A stretch of 36,958 bases of DNA, from assembly GCA_045636245.1 (NCBI GenBank), contig JAZTXA010000146.1, positions 1-36,958 of the forward strand, written 5' to 3'. Shown in pieces: positions 1-8,581 of this stretch. Source of the stretch: Eubacteriales bacterium (GTDB lineage: Bacteria > Bacillota > Clostridia > Oscillospirales > CAG-272). A model generated the notes under the pieces. That model was not told where the DNA came from and did no database searches. It saw only the letters and a list, made by a program, of their open reading frames with translations. A program made the position numbers and the translations under genes. Within the stretch, counting starts at the first letter, position 1. Each line of letters opens with the position of its first letter.

Positions 1-60
1 TTTTGCCATTTTATTTTTTCCTTTCTTTAGGGTCAGAATTTCTTTCCCGTTAGATAAATT

Positions 61-1104
61 TTATTTTACGTAATCTCCTCGGTCAATGACCGTTTCATAG
101 CCTATCTCTGCAAGGCTTGCCATGATGTTTGCGAGGTTTTCTCCCGCCTCGCTTCCCGTGTATGCCTTTCCGTTATAAAGCATATATTTTTCACGCACAC
201 TTGACGGTGAAAGATTGGGCATTATAACATTTGCCCCGGACATAATTCCTTTTTCACGTCCGCCAACGGCAACGGAACCGAGCGCAGTTGTCGCCGGCAA
301 AAGGATATTTGGGTGAATAAGCCTTATAAGTGACAATAGATAACAGGTAAAATCTGCACTTCCTGCTTCAAACTCACCAAACGGTGTGTCAATATGAGGT
401 ATAAACGGGCCAATTCCGCACATGTGAGGCTTAAATTCTTCAATGAATTTAAGATCGTTTGCAATATGCTTTACCGTCATAAAAGGGGATGAAACCATAA
501 AACCGCATCCTACCTGAAAGCCCTCTGCTTTAAGGTCGTTTAAACACCTTATTCTTTCGTCATATGACATATTTTCGGGGTGGAGCATCTCATAATGCTC
601 ACGTGTTATGCTTTCGTGGCGTAAAAGATACCTGTCAGCGCCCGCTTCCTTTAACCTGCGGTAGCTTTCGCGTGAACGCTCCCCAAGTGACAGTGTCACG
701 GCACATTCGGGATACTTTGTTTTTATCGTTTTGACTATATCGCAAATCACGTCATCGGTGAAATACCCATCCTCACCGCCTTGCAAAACAAAGGTGCGGA
801 AGCCGAGGTCATACCCCCCATCACAGCAGGTGAGTATTTCGTCCTTTGTCAGTCTGTAACGGGAACAAAGAGTATTGCTTTTTCTTATACCGCAATAATA
901 GCAGTCGTTTTTGCAGATGTTTGATATTTCAATAAGCCCTCTTATAAAGACCTTGTTTGAATATACCTTTTTTCTTGCTTCAACTGCCTTTGCACGGGCA
1001 TAGTCATAGGTGTCATCGTAAAAATTTGATATAAGCTGTTCATATTCATTAAGTGACAGCGAATGTTCTGCCGCGAGCTTATCGATAAGTTTAAATGTGA
1101 GCAT
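61..1104 (-). CDS. hydE: [FeFe]-hydrogenase maturase HydE (radical SAM)
   Basis: ORF 61..1134. It has the radical-SAM motif EISNICKNDCYYCGIRKSN, FVLQGGED and a BioB/HydE-like C-terminal half. It lies directly downstream of a TM1266-type regulator gene. Start set at MLTFKLIDKL (1104); the ATG at 1134 is an alternative. Confidence 0.8.
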   Translation of the reverse strand: MLTFKLIDKLAAEHSLSLNEYEQLISNFYDDTYDYARAKAVEARKKVYSNKVFIRGLIEISNICKNDCYYCGIRKSNTLCSRYRLTKDEILTCCDGGYDLGFRTFVLQGGEDGYFTDDVICDIVKTIKTKYPECAVTLSLGERSRESYRRLKEAGADRYLLRHESITREHYEMLHPENMSYDERIRCLNDLKAEGFQVGCGFMVSSPFMTVKHIANDLKFIEEFKPHMCGIGPFIPHIDTPFGEFEAGSADFTCYLLSLIRLIHPNILLPATTALGSVAVGGREKGIMSGANVIMPNLSPSSVREKYMLYNGKAYTGSEAGENLANIMASLAEIGYETVIDRGDYVK

Positions 1105-1351
1105 CGTGAACCCCCGAATAAACAGTCTTAACACTTACCCCATCAAGCTTTCCTATCTTGCCTGCAAGCGCGGATATGATATCCTGCGGAGCATCAATGG
1201 CAACGCTTATGATATTTATATTCTTTTTGCGGTAGGGAATACCCATTCTGCCTATCACATACTCACCGTATGTATGCAAAATCGAGTTTACTTGTTCTGC
1301 CGAATCAAATTTTTCAACGATTATGCTTATAAGTGCGACTCTTGTTTCCAT
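1091..1351 (-). CDS. Putative iron-only hydrogenase system regulator (TM1266-like, ACT/NikR-C-like small protein)
   Basis: ORF 1091..1405 trimmed to METRVALISIIVE, which is preceded by GGAGG. This is an 86-aa protein of the type found next to hydE/hydG. It overlaps the hydE start by about 14 nt. Confidence 0.7.
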   Translation of the reverse strand: METRVALISIIVEKFDSAEQVNSILHTYGEYVIGRMGIPYRKKNINIISVAIDAPQDIISALAGKIGKLDGVSVKTVYSGVHDAHI

Positions 1352-1490
1352 AATTCCTCCGAAAGCATATATGTTTATAATACTCGAAAAATATGAACAA
1401 TACATTTATATATTAATTAAATAAATAAAACATTGATTTCTATGTAAAAATTACACAAATGCATATGTCGATATTTGTGCAATTTTGTCA

Positions 1491-1519
1491 TTGAAATTTG
1501 TATTTGCTTGTGATAAAAT
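1491..1519 (+). promoter_or_regulatory. Sigma-A-type promoter of the riboswitch-agcS unit
   Basis: TTGAAA (1491-1496), a 17-nt spacer, then TAAAAT (1514-1519) with TG at 1511-1512 (extended -10). Confidence 0.5.
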
Positions 1520-1539
1520 ATCGTTTGCAACCGTTGAGG

Positions 1540-1660
1540 CTTTTGGAATTACAATTGTAAGACCGAAAGCGGAGGAGGCTCTGGAGAATCCCGCAAGCCG
1601 TGCGGGTGCCGAAGGTGCAAGGCTTAATGCTGAATCTCTCAGGCAAAAGGACAGGGCAGG
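1540..1660 (+). promoter_or_regulatory. Glycine riboswitch (single full aptamer 1578-1657 plus a degenerate upstream aptamer-like remnant)
   Basis: GCTCTGGAGAAT...GTGCCGAAGGTGCAAGG...AATCTCTCAGGCAAAAGGACAGGGC matches the conserved glycine aptamer core (CUCUGGAGA / CCGAAGG.GCAA / CUCAGGCAAAAGGAC). The upstream GACCGAAAGCGGAGG looks like a remnant of a second aptamer. It sits in front of an alanine/glycine symporter, a classic context. Confidence 0.85.
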
Positions 1661-1696
1661 CATTCGTTTTTATATGTCTGAAATATTTCCTTATTC

Positions 1697-1728
1697 TCCG
1701 CTGCTTTTCAGCGGATTTTTATTTTTTT
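1697..1728 (+). terminator. Intrinsic terminator (riboswitch expression platform)
   Basis: TCCGCTG-cuuuu-CAGCGGA hairpin (1697-1715) followed by ATTTTTATTTTTTT, 17 nt before the agcS start. Confidence 0.75.
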
Positions 1729-1744
1729 ACAGGAGGGCGTTTTT

Positions 1745-3295
1745 ATGGACGCAGTTTTAAAAGTTGTTCAGACTATAAATGCGTATATGTCTGACTACAT
1801 TCTTATTGTTTTGCTTGTCAGCGTAGGTCTTTTCTACAGCTTTAAGACGAGATTTGTTCAGGTTCGTTGTTTCGGAGAAGGTATGAAAAAGGTTTTCGGT
1901 AACTTCTCTATGAAGGGCGGTAAGCAGAATGGCGGTCTTTCATCGTTCCAGGCACTTTCCACAGCTATTGCCGCACAGGTCGGTACAGGTAATATTGTCG
2001 GTGCGTGCGGTGCGATACTCGTAGGTGGTCCCGGTGCTATATTCTGGATGTGGGTTATCGCATTTCTGGGTATGGCTACTATTTATGCCGAGGCTGTGCT
2101 GGCACAGGAAACAAGAGTTAAGGAAGCAGACGGAGAAATCCACGGCGGTCCCGTTTACTATATGAAAAAGGCATTTCCTAATGGATTTGGCAAGTTCCTT
2201 GCGGCATTTTTTGCTATTGCTACCGTTCTGGCACTCGGTTTTATGGGCTCAATGGTACAGTCAAACTCTATTGCTGAGTCTATTTGTAACGCCGTTGGTG
2301 TTAATTATACTGACTGGGGATGGATAATCGGTGCAGCACTTGCGATTATCTGCACGATCATTTTTATCGGCGGTATTCAGAGAATTGCTTCTGTTGCTGA
2401 AAAAATAGTTCCCGCTATGGCATGTTTGTTCCTTATAGGCGGTCTGATAGTTCTCATTACCAATATCACTAAGCTTCCCGAGACATTTACAATGATATTC
2501 AAATATGCCTTTACCCCAAATGCTCTCATAGGCGGTGGTATCGGTTATGCACTCAAGACGGCTATCAGCCAGGGCGCAAAGCGAGGTCTTTTCTCGAACG
2601 AAGCGGGTATGGGTTCAACACCTCACGCACACGCACAGGCAAATGTTGAAAAGCCTCACGATCAGGGCGTTGCTGCTATGATAGGTGTATTTATAGATAC
2701 ATTTATCGTTCTTACTATGACTGCTCTTGTTGTTATCACAATGCTTTATACTTCAAACGGTCCTGTAGGCGACACCTATAAGGCAGAGACAGAAGCTATC
2801 AGCGTTATGACCGATGCGGAGATAAATGAAAGTTATGCAGCATTGGTTGAGGAAAGTGGTATCACCAACACTGTTGCTGACACTGAAGCTAAGAAAAACG
2901 CACTCATACAGGATGTATACAACGACGCGATTTCCGAGTCCGGTATAAGCAAGACTAACGCAATGCAGTGGGCTCTTACAAACGGATTCCCGTCCTTTAT
3001 GAGCGGAATAGGTAATGCGTTTGTTGCTATCTGTCTTATGTTTTTCGCATTCACTACGATTATCGGATGGAATTTCTTTGGTAAGATAAATATTCAGTAT
3101 CTGTTTAAGAATAACAAGGCTGCTACGGTTATTTATTCTGTGGTATCAATAGTATTCATCTTTCTGGGAACGCTGGCTTCTAATGACCTTGTGTGGGAGC
3201 TTACGGACTTCTTCAACTATCTAATGGTGCTTCCCAATGCTATTGCACTCTTTGCACTGTCAGCGATAGTTGTTAGTGCAACAAAGAAAAAATGA
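1745..3295 (+). CDS. agcS: Alanine/glycine:cation (sodium) symporter, AGCS family
   Basis: 516-aa polytopic protein. Motifs seen: SSFQALSTAIAAQVGTGNIVG, GAKRGLFSNEAGMGSTPHAHA and FAFTTIIGWNFFG. RBS AGGAGG lies upstream. Confidence 0.9.
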   Translation: MDAVLKVVQTINAYMSDYILIVLLVSVGLFYSFKTRFVQVRCFGEGMKKVFGNFSMKGGKQNGGLSSFQALSTAIAAQVGTGNIVGACGAILVGGPGAIFWMWVIAFLGMATIYAEAVLAQETRVKEADGEIHGGPVYYMKKAFPNGFGKFLAAFFAIATVLALGFMGSMVQSNSIAESICNAVGVNYTDWGWIIGAALAIICTIIFIGGIQRIASVAEKIVPAMACLFLIGGLIVLITNITKLPETFTMIFKYAFTPNALIGGGIGYALKTAISQGAKRGLFSNEAGMGSTPHAHAQANVEKPHDQGVAAMIGVFIDTFIVLTMTALVVITMLYTSNGPVGDTYKAETEAISVMTDAEINESYAALVEESGITNTVADTEAKKNALIQDVYNDAISESGISKTNAMQWALTNGFPSFMSGIGNAFVAICLMFFAFTTIIGWNFFGKINIQYLFKNNKAATVIYSVVSIVFIFLGTLASNDLVWELTDFFNYLMVLPNAIALFALSAIVVSATKKK

Positions 3296-3388
3296 ACATC
3301 TGATTATAAAAAAAAGCCTTGATTTGATTATTTAAATCATATCAAAACGGTGTATAATTAATTTAATCAAATGTAGAGGTGTTTTATT

Positions 3389-4216
3389 ATGGCTTATAAA
3401 AGAGTTTTAACTATTCAGGATATTTCCTGCTTCGGTCAGTGCTCCTTGACAGTTGCACTTCCGATAATCTCCGCGTGCGGAATTGAAACGTGTGTTTTGC
3501 CGTCTGCTGTGCTTTCAACGCACACAGCAGGTTTTTCCGGATATACGTTTGCTGATCTTACAGAGGATATGCCGAAGATCAAGGATCATTGGGTGAAGGA
3601 AAATATTTCATTTGATGCACTTTATACAGGTTACCTCGGATCTGCACAGCAGATACAGTATGTTTGCGATATTTACGATGCCACGGTTAACGGTGCGCTT
3701 ATCGTTGACCCTGCTATGGCTGACAACGGCAAGCTTTATCCCGGATTCGATGAAGCGTTTGTTGAAAAGATGAAAACGCTTTGTGCGGCGGCTGATTACG
3801 TTGTTCCCAACATAACAGAGGCTTGCTTCATTACAGGTGTTGAGTATAAAACGGAGTATGACAGGGCGTATATCGACCTTATCATAGAAAAGCTTTCGTC
3901 CATTGGATGTAAAAACGTTGTACTTACGGGTGTCAGATACAATGAGGGCAAGACGGGCGTTGTCGTTTTTGAAAACGGAAAGTACAGTTATTATGAGCAT
4001 GATATGCTCCCCAACAGCTGTCACGGCACGGGTGACATATACGCATCGGCTTTTGTCGGTTCGCTTGTAAGAGGTAAGAGTGCATGCGAAAGCGCGAAGA
4101 TTGCGGCGGATTATACGGTTGAGTGTATAAAAGCAACAGCCGAGGAGGAGAACCATTGGTACGGAGCGAAGTTTGAGCCTGTGCTCGGCAAGCTGATATC
4201 AATGCTTGAAGAATAA
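3389..4216 (+). CDS. pdxK: Pyridoxal/pyridoxamine kinase
   Basis: 275 aa. N-terminus VLTIQDISCFGQCSLTVALPIISACG, then DPAMADNGKLY and GTGDIYASAF, all typical of PdxK/PdxY ribokinase-fold kinases. Confidence 0.8.
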   Translation: MAYKRVLTIQDISCFGQCSLTVALPIISACGIETCVLPSAVLSTHTAGFSGYTFADLTEDMPKIKDHWVKENISFDALYTGYLGSAQQIQYVCDIYDATVNGALIVDPAMADNGKLYPGFDEAFVEKMKTLCAAADYVVPNITEACFITGVEYKTEYDRAYIDLIIEKLSSIGCKNVVLTGVRYNEGKTGVVVFENGKYSYYEHDMLPNSCHGTGDIYASAFVGSLVRGKSACESAKIAADYTVECIKATAEEENHWYGAKFEPVLGKLISMLEE

Positions 4217-4222
4217 GAATTA

Positions 4223-4894
4223 ATGAAAAGAACAAAGCTTGCTGACAGACAGCTTCCCGACTATACAAAGGGTGAGGAAATATTCAATACCGTCAGCCAC
4301 ATTGTCGGCGCGGCGCTCGGTGTTGCTGTTTTGGTGTTGTGTATTGTGTATTCGGCAATAAACAGCGATGCATGGGCGGTCGTCAGCGGCTCAATATATG
4401 GGGCATCAATGGTGGTGCTTTATACAACATCAAGTATTTATCACGGACTTCACCCGAATATGGGTAAAAAAGTGATGCAGGTGCTTGACCACTGCATGAT
4501 AAACTTCCTTATTGCGGGAACTTATACACCTGTGTTACTTTGCGGTATACGACCCGTACATCCCGGATGGGCTTGGGCTTTGTTCGGCATCGTGTGGGGC
4601 TGTGCCGCCGTTGCGACGGTTTTTACTGCAATTGACCTTGATAAATATGCAGTACTTTCGATGATATGCTATCTCGGCATGGGCTGGTGCATTGTTTTGG
4701 CTATAAAGCCTGCTATGGCATCAATAGCACCTATGGGGCTGATGTTTATTTTCGTCGGCGGTATTGCTTATACTTTAGGTGCTGTACTGTACGGTATCGG
4801 CAATAAGGTAAGATATATGCACTCGGTGTTTCATCTGTTTGTAATTGCAGGAAGTGTGTTGCAGTTCTTTGGGATAATTTTTTATGTACTATAA
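4223..4894 (+). CDS. Hemolysin III / PAQR family membrane protein
   Basis: 223 aa with 7 predicted TM segments. Motifs EEIFNTVSHIVG, SSIYHGL and HLFVIAGSVLQF. Confidence 0.85.
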   Translation: MKRTKLADRQLPDYTKGEEIFNTVSHIVGAALGVAVLVLCIVYSAINSDAWAVVSGSIYGASMVVLYTTSSIYHGLHPNMGKKVMQVLDHCMINFLIAGTYTPVLLCGIRPVHPGWAWALFGIVWGCAAVATVFTAIDLDKYAVLSMICYLGMGWCIVLAIKPAMASIAPMGLMFIFVGGIAYTLGAVLYGIGNKVRYMHSVFHLFVIAGSVLQFFGIIFYVL

Positions 4895-4897
4895 TAT

Positions 4898-4926
4898 AAA
4901 GAGGTCGGAGCGCTCCGACCTCTTTA
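4898..4926. terminator. Bidirectional intrinsic terminator
   Basis: The palindrome AAAGAGGTCGGAGCGCTCCGACCTCTTT is flanked by A/T runs. It lies between convergent genes. Confidence 0.8.
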
Positions 4927-4927
4927 T

Positions 4928-5188
4928 TCATTTCTTTTTCAAAATGGAAAGTATACCCTTTTTCTCATACGGTGCACGGACAATATTCAAAAGTTTGTAA
5001 CCTGTTTTTTCAACAATATTTTTAAGCTCTGCATCGTTTATCTTTATATCAGTAAGTATGACTGTTTGCTTATCCTTGTGAGAGGATACTACTTTCTTTA
5101 CGTTAAAGCTGTTTCTTATCGCATCATTCATATGCGCCTCACACATCGGGCACATCATACCATCTATTTTGAGTGTTATTTTTTCCAT
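4928..5188 (-). CDS. Heavy-metal-associated (HMA) domain protein, CopZ-like
   Basis: ORF trimmed to MEKITLKIDGMMCPMCEAH, which carries the GMxCxxC motif. GGAGA RBS upstream; 86 aa. Confidence 0.75.
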   Translation of the reverse strand: MEKITLKIDGMMCPMCEAHMNDAIRNSFNVKKVVSSHKDKQTVILTDIKINDAELKNIVEKTGYKLLNIVRAPYEKKGILSILKKK

Positions 5189-5366
5189 TTTATTTTCTCC
5201 CTTGTGACAGTTAGTGTATGCTAACCTGATTATACCCCCGTTTTTCTGTTTTGTCAATATAAAAAGTTTTATTTAACTTGATTTTTTTTGAAAAAATACT
5301 ATACAAACCGAAAAAAATGTGGTAATATGATGAATGTAATTTTGTTACTTAAAGGAGTCTTGCATT

Positions 5367-6050
5367 ATGAAAAAGATTTATGAAGGCAAAACAAAGGATG
5401 TTTACTCACTTGATAACGGTAATGTAATGCTGAAATTCAAGGATGACTGCACAGGCAAGGACGGCGTGTTCGATCCCGGTGAAAATACTGTCGGACTTAC
5501 TATCGAAGGCATCGGCCGTGCAAATCTTGAAACATCTATCCGTTATTTTGAACTGCTTAAAAATGCGGGAATCAAGACGCACTATGTAGGTGCTGATCTT
5601 GAAAACGCAACAATGGAGGTTCTCCCCGCTACTGTGTTCGGTCACGGTCTTGAGGTTATCTGCAGGCTCGTTGCAACGGGAAGCTTCATCCGCAGATACG
5701 GCGAATATATCAAGGACGGCACACCTCTTGAAGGCGGTTATGTTGAGTGTACCTTCAAGAACGACGAAAAGGGCGATCCGCTTGTAACAGGCGAAGGACT
5801 TGCCGCGCTTAATGTAATGACTCCCGAAATGTTTGAAAGCATGAAGGAACAGACACTTAAAATAACAAAGATCGTTGCGGATGACCTTAAAGAGATAGGT
5901 CTCGACCTTTGGGATATCAAGTTTGAATTCGGTTACAACAACGGAGAGGTTATCCTTATTGACGAAATTGCATCTGGCAATATGCGTGTATATAAGGGTG
6001 ACAAGATCGTTGAACCCGTTGAGCTTACAAAGCTTATCCTTAACAGATAA
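5367..6050 (+). CDS. purC: Phosphoribosylaminoimidazole-succinocarboxamide (SAICAR) synthase
   Basis: 227 aa. [15 protein letters not shown]..., [12 protein letters not shown]; RBS AAAGGAG. Confidence 0.9.
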   Translation: MKKIYEGKTKDVYSLDNGNVMLKFKDDCTGKDGVFDPGENTVGLTIEGIGRANLETSIRYFELLKNAGIKTHYVGADLENATMEVLPATVFGHGLEVICRLVATGSFIRRYGEYIKDGTPLEGGYVECTFKNDEKGDPLVTGEGLAALNVMTPEMFESMKEQTLKITKIVADDLKEIGLDLWDIKFEFGYNNGEVILIDEIASGNMRVYKGDKIVEPVELTKLILNR

Positions 6051-6060
6051 ATATAATTTA

Positions 6061-6091
6061 AGAGCCGAGGGATCGGCTCTTTTATTTTTTT
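6061..6091 (+). terminator. Intrinsic terminator of purC
   Basis: AGAGCCGA-ggga-TCGGCTCT followed by TTTTATTTTTTT. Confidence 0.8.
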
Positions 6092-6125
6092 GTACGGGAC
6101 GGCGCCCCGACGTCCCGTTTTATGC
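6091..6125 (+). repeat. Hairpin repeat, copy A (TGTA-stem-GGCGCCYCGAC-stem-GTTTTA family)
   Basis: TGTACGGGACGGCGCCCCGACGTCCCGTTTTA. It shares flanks and loop with copy B at 8550-8581, but the stem bases differ in a compensatory way. Confidence 0.5.
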
Positions 6126-6227
6126 CGCCTTTTTATGTGAATTTTCTTATAAAGCGGTTGAATAAAAAACATAAGTGTGATAAAATAAATAAAATATACA
6201 GTTACAGATACAAATAAGGAATATAAT

Positions 6228-8489
6228 ATGTCGGATATTTTTTATAGATTTTCTCCGTTTATACAGGATTATATATACAGAAACAATTGGGAATCGCTTC
6301 GTGCGGTACAAACGGCGGCAGCAGAGGTGATTTTTGAAAGTGAACATAACCTTTTGCTCACCTCCTCAACGGCATCGGGTAAGACTGAGGCGGCATTTTT
6401 CCCGATAATATCGATGCTTACAGAGGATCCTTCGCAAAGCGTTGGTGTTTTGTACATCGCGCCGCTCAAAAGCCTTATAAATGACCAATTTTTAAGACTT
6501 GATGAGGTGCTGAAGGAATGTGATATTCCTGTGTTTCATTGGCATGGAGATGTTTCGGCGTCACATAAAAATAAGCTTCTTAAGTCGCCCAAGGGTATAC
6601 TTCAAATCACACCCGAATCACTTGAAAGTATGCTTATGAACAGGTCAAACGATATCGTCCGTCTGTTTTGCGATCTTCGTTTCGTTGTTATAGACGAAAT
6701 ACACATACTGACGGGTACTGACAGAGGGAATCAGATAATCTGTCAGCTTAACAGAATTGCCAAAATCATCGGCAGAGATGTAAGACGTGTTGGACTTTCG
6801 GCAACTATCGGTGACGTTGAGATAGCAAAAAAGTGGCTTAACGGCGGCTCAAACAGAATATGCGAAGCACCGATACTGAATGAAGGCAAAACATCGTGGC
6901 GGCTCGCACTGGAGCATTTTTATATACAAAACGAAAAATTCGATCAATCGGGAACGGATGTGTTTGCCAATAAAGACGTAACGCAGTTTACCGATGAAAA
7001 GAAAGAAAACCCGATACCTGCACGTGCAAGGATAGATGCGGGGTATGAGTATATTTATGACTGTGTAAAGGACAAAAAGAGCCTTGTTTTTTCAAATTCG
7101 AGGGAAGAAACGGAGTATATAACTGCGACACTTCGCCAAATTGCAGACAACAGACATGAGCCTGATATTTTTCTGATACATCACGGAAATCTTTCCGCTT
7201 CGCTTCGTGAGGAGGCGGAATTTAAAATGAAAAATGACGAATACAATGCCGTGACATGTGCAACTGTTACTCTTGAACTTGGCGTTGACATAGGCAGACT
7301 TGAAAGAATAATGCAGAACGGCTCACCGAATACTGTTTCAAGCTTTTTACAAAGACTCGGCAGAAGCGGAAGACGCGGCGCACCGCCTGAAATGTTTATG
7401 GTGTTCAGGGAGGAAAATCCCCTGCCCGAAACACCTATGCCGCAGCTTATACCGTGGGAGCTTATCAGGGCGATAGCGATAATACAGCTTTATATAGAGG
7501 AAAGATTTATCGAACCGCCAAGCGAAAAAAGACTGCCGTTTTCGCTTTTGTTCCAGCAAACGTTGTCGATACTGTTTGCCTCGGGTGAGCTGACGGCAAA
7601 GGCGCTTGCAGAGCGTGTTTTGTCGCTTCCGCCGTTTCAAAACGTGACAAAGGAAGAATATAAAGCGTTGCTTGTCAGTATGCTGAAATGTGATTACCTG
7701 CAGATGACCGACGAAAAAACGCTTTTAATAGGTCTTGCAGGGGAGAGAATAGTCAACAGCTTCAAATTTTATGCCGTGTTCAAGGACAGCGAAAACTTCT
7801 CCGTAAGATGTGAATCCGACGAAATAGGCACGATAACAACACCTCCGCCCGTCGGCGACCGCTTTGCACTTGCGGGCAGAGTCTGGGAGGTAACAGAGCT
7901 TGATATCCCCCGAAAGCTCATATACGTCAAGGGTGTAAAGGGCAAAATGGAGGTCACGTGGCCGGGGGAAAGCGGTGAGATACACACACGCATACTTGAA
8001 AGAATGAAACAGGTGCTGTGCGAGGATAAAGTTTATCCGTATTTAAAGCCGAATGCAAGACGCCGCCTTGATATTGCAAGACGTGTGGCGCAAAATGCAC
8101 GTATCTGCGAAAGATATGTCATACCGCTTGGGGGGCTTACGTACTGTATGTTCCCGTGGCTCGGTACAAGAAGCTTCAGAACGCTCCGTAAGCTGATGGC
8201 GAAAAACGCAAAGTATCTGCAAGTGTCGAACATTGAGTATGACGGTTGCTGCTATCTCACGTTTAAATACGAGGGTAACAGCGAAAGGGAACTGATAAAC
8301 AAGCTTTGCGCCCTGACTTGTGACGGCTTTGACAAAAAAGAGCTTGTGTCACCGTCTGAGGTGCCGATATTCGAAAAATATGACGAATATATCCCACACG
8401 AGCTTCTGCGTGATGCCTATGCGGAGGATAGACTTCGTGAGGATGAGGTCGTATTGAGAGTCAAACAAATGTATGATAGCATAAAATAA
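6228..8489 (+). CDS. ATP-dependent DEAD/DEAH-box helicase, Lhr-like
   Basis: 753 aa. Walker A SSTASGKTEA, DEIH box (VVIDEIHIL), SATIGD, HHGNLSASLREEAE, ATVTLELGVDIG and QRLGRSGRR. Confidence 0.8.
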   Translation: MSDIFYRFSPFIQDYIYRNNWESLRAVQTAAAEVIFESEHNLLLTSSTASGKTEAAFFPIISMLTEDPSQSVGVLYIAPLKSLINDQFLRLDEVLKECDIPVFHWHGDVSASHKNKLLKSPKGILQITPESLESMLMNRSNDIVRLFCDLRFVVIDEIHILTGTDRGNQIICQLNRIAKIIGRDVRRVGLSATIGDVEIAKKWLNGGSNRICEAPILNEGKTSWRLALEHFYIQNEKFDQSGTDVFANKDVTQFTDEKKENPIPARARIDAGYEYIYDCVKDKKSLVFSNSREETEYITATLRQIADNRHEPDIFLIHHGNLSASLREEAEFKMKNDEYNAVTCATVTLELGVDIGRLERIMQNGSPNTVSSFLQRLGRSGRRGAPPEMFMVFREENPLPETPMPQLIPWELIRAIAIIQLYIEERFIEPPSEKRLPFSLLFQQTLSILFASGELTAKALAERVLSLPPFQNVTKEEYKALLVSMLKCDYLQMTDEKTLLIGLAGERIVNSFKFYAVFKDSENFSVRCESDEIGTITTPPPVGDRFALAGRVWEVTELDIPRKLIYVKGVKGKMEVTWPGESGEIHTRILERMKQVLCEDKVYPYLKPNARRRLDIARRVAQNARICERYVIPLGGLTYCMFPWLGTRSFRTLRKLMAKNAKYLQVSNIEYDGCCYLTFKYEGNSERELINKLCALTCDGFDKKELVSPSEVPIFEKYDEYIPHELLRDAYAEDRLREDEVVLRVKQMYDSIK

Positions 8490-8493
8490 CACA

Positions 8494-8532
8494 CAAGGTC
8501 AGCTCGGATTTATCCGTGCTGACCTTGTTTTG
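8494..8532 (+). terminator. Intrinsic terminator of the helicase gene
   Basis: CAAGGTCAGC...GCTGACCTTG stem, with an inner CGGAtttaTCCG, followed by TTTT. Confidence 0.7.
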
Positions 8533-8549
8533 TATATTCGAAGCGATGC

Positions 8550-8581
8550 TGTAGGGGTTGGCGCCTCGACAACCCGTTTTA
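8550..8581 (+). repeat. Hairpin repeat, copy B
   Basis: TGTAGGGGTTGGCGCCTCGACAACCCGTTTTA. It abuts the GNAT stop codon. Confidence 0.5.

Noticed and set aside
1-9. Possible start of a minus-strand CDS (ATG GCA AAA) with an upstream GAAAGGA.
   Set aside because: Only three codons fall inside the window, so it cannot be identified or supported as a feature.
1097-1396. 99-aa plus-strand ORF. Similar overlapping ORFs occur at 1451-1663(-), 1485-1760(+), 1600-1794(+), 3608-4156(-), 3933-4268(-), 10182-10807(-), 16330-16800(-), 17343-17795(-), 18765-19259(-), 30411-31109(+), 34137-34541(+) and 36493-36942(-).
   Set aside because: Each lies antisense to, or overlaps, a well-supported gene or riboswitch leader. 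None has an RBS or a recognisable motif. They are shadow ORFs.
4928-5188. Orphan HMA (CopZ-like) gene considered as part of a metal-resistance system.
   Set aside because: No CopA/CsoR/CopY-type partner is present in the window, and it is bounded by its own terminator. There is nothing to support a system.
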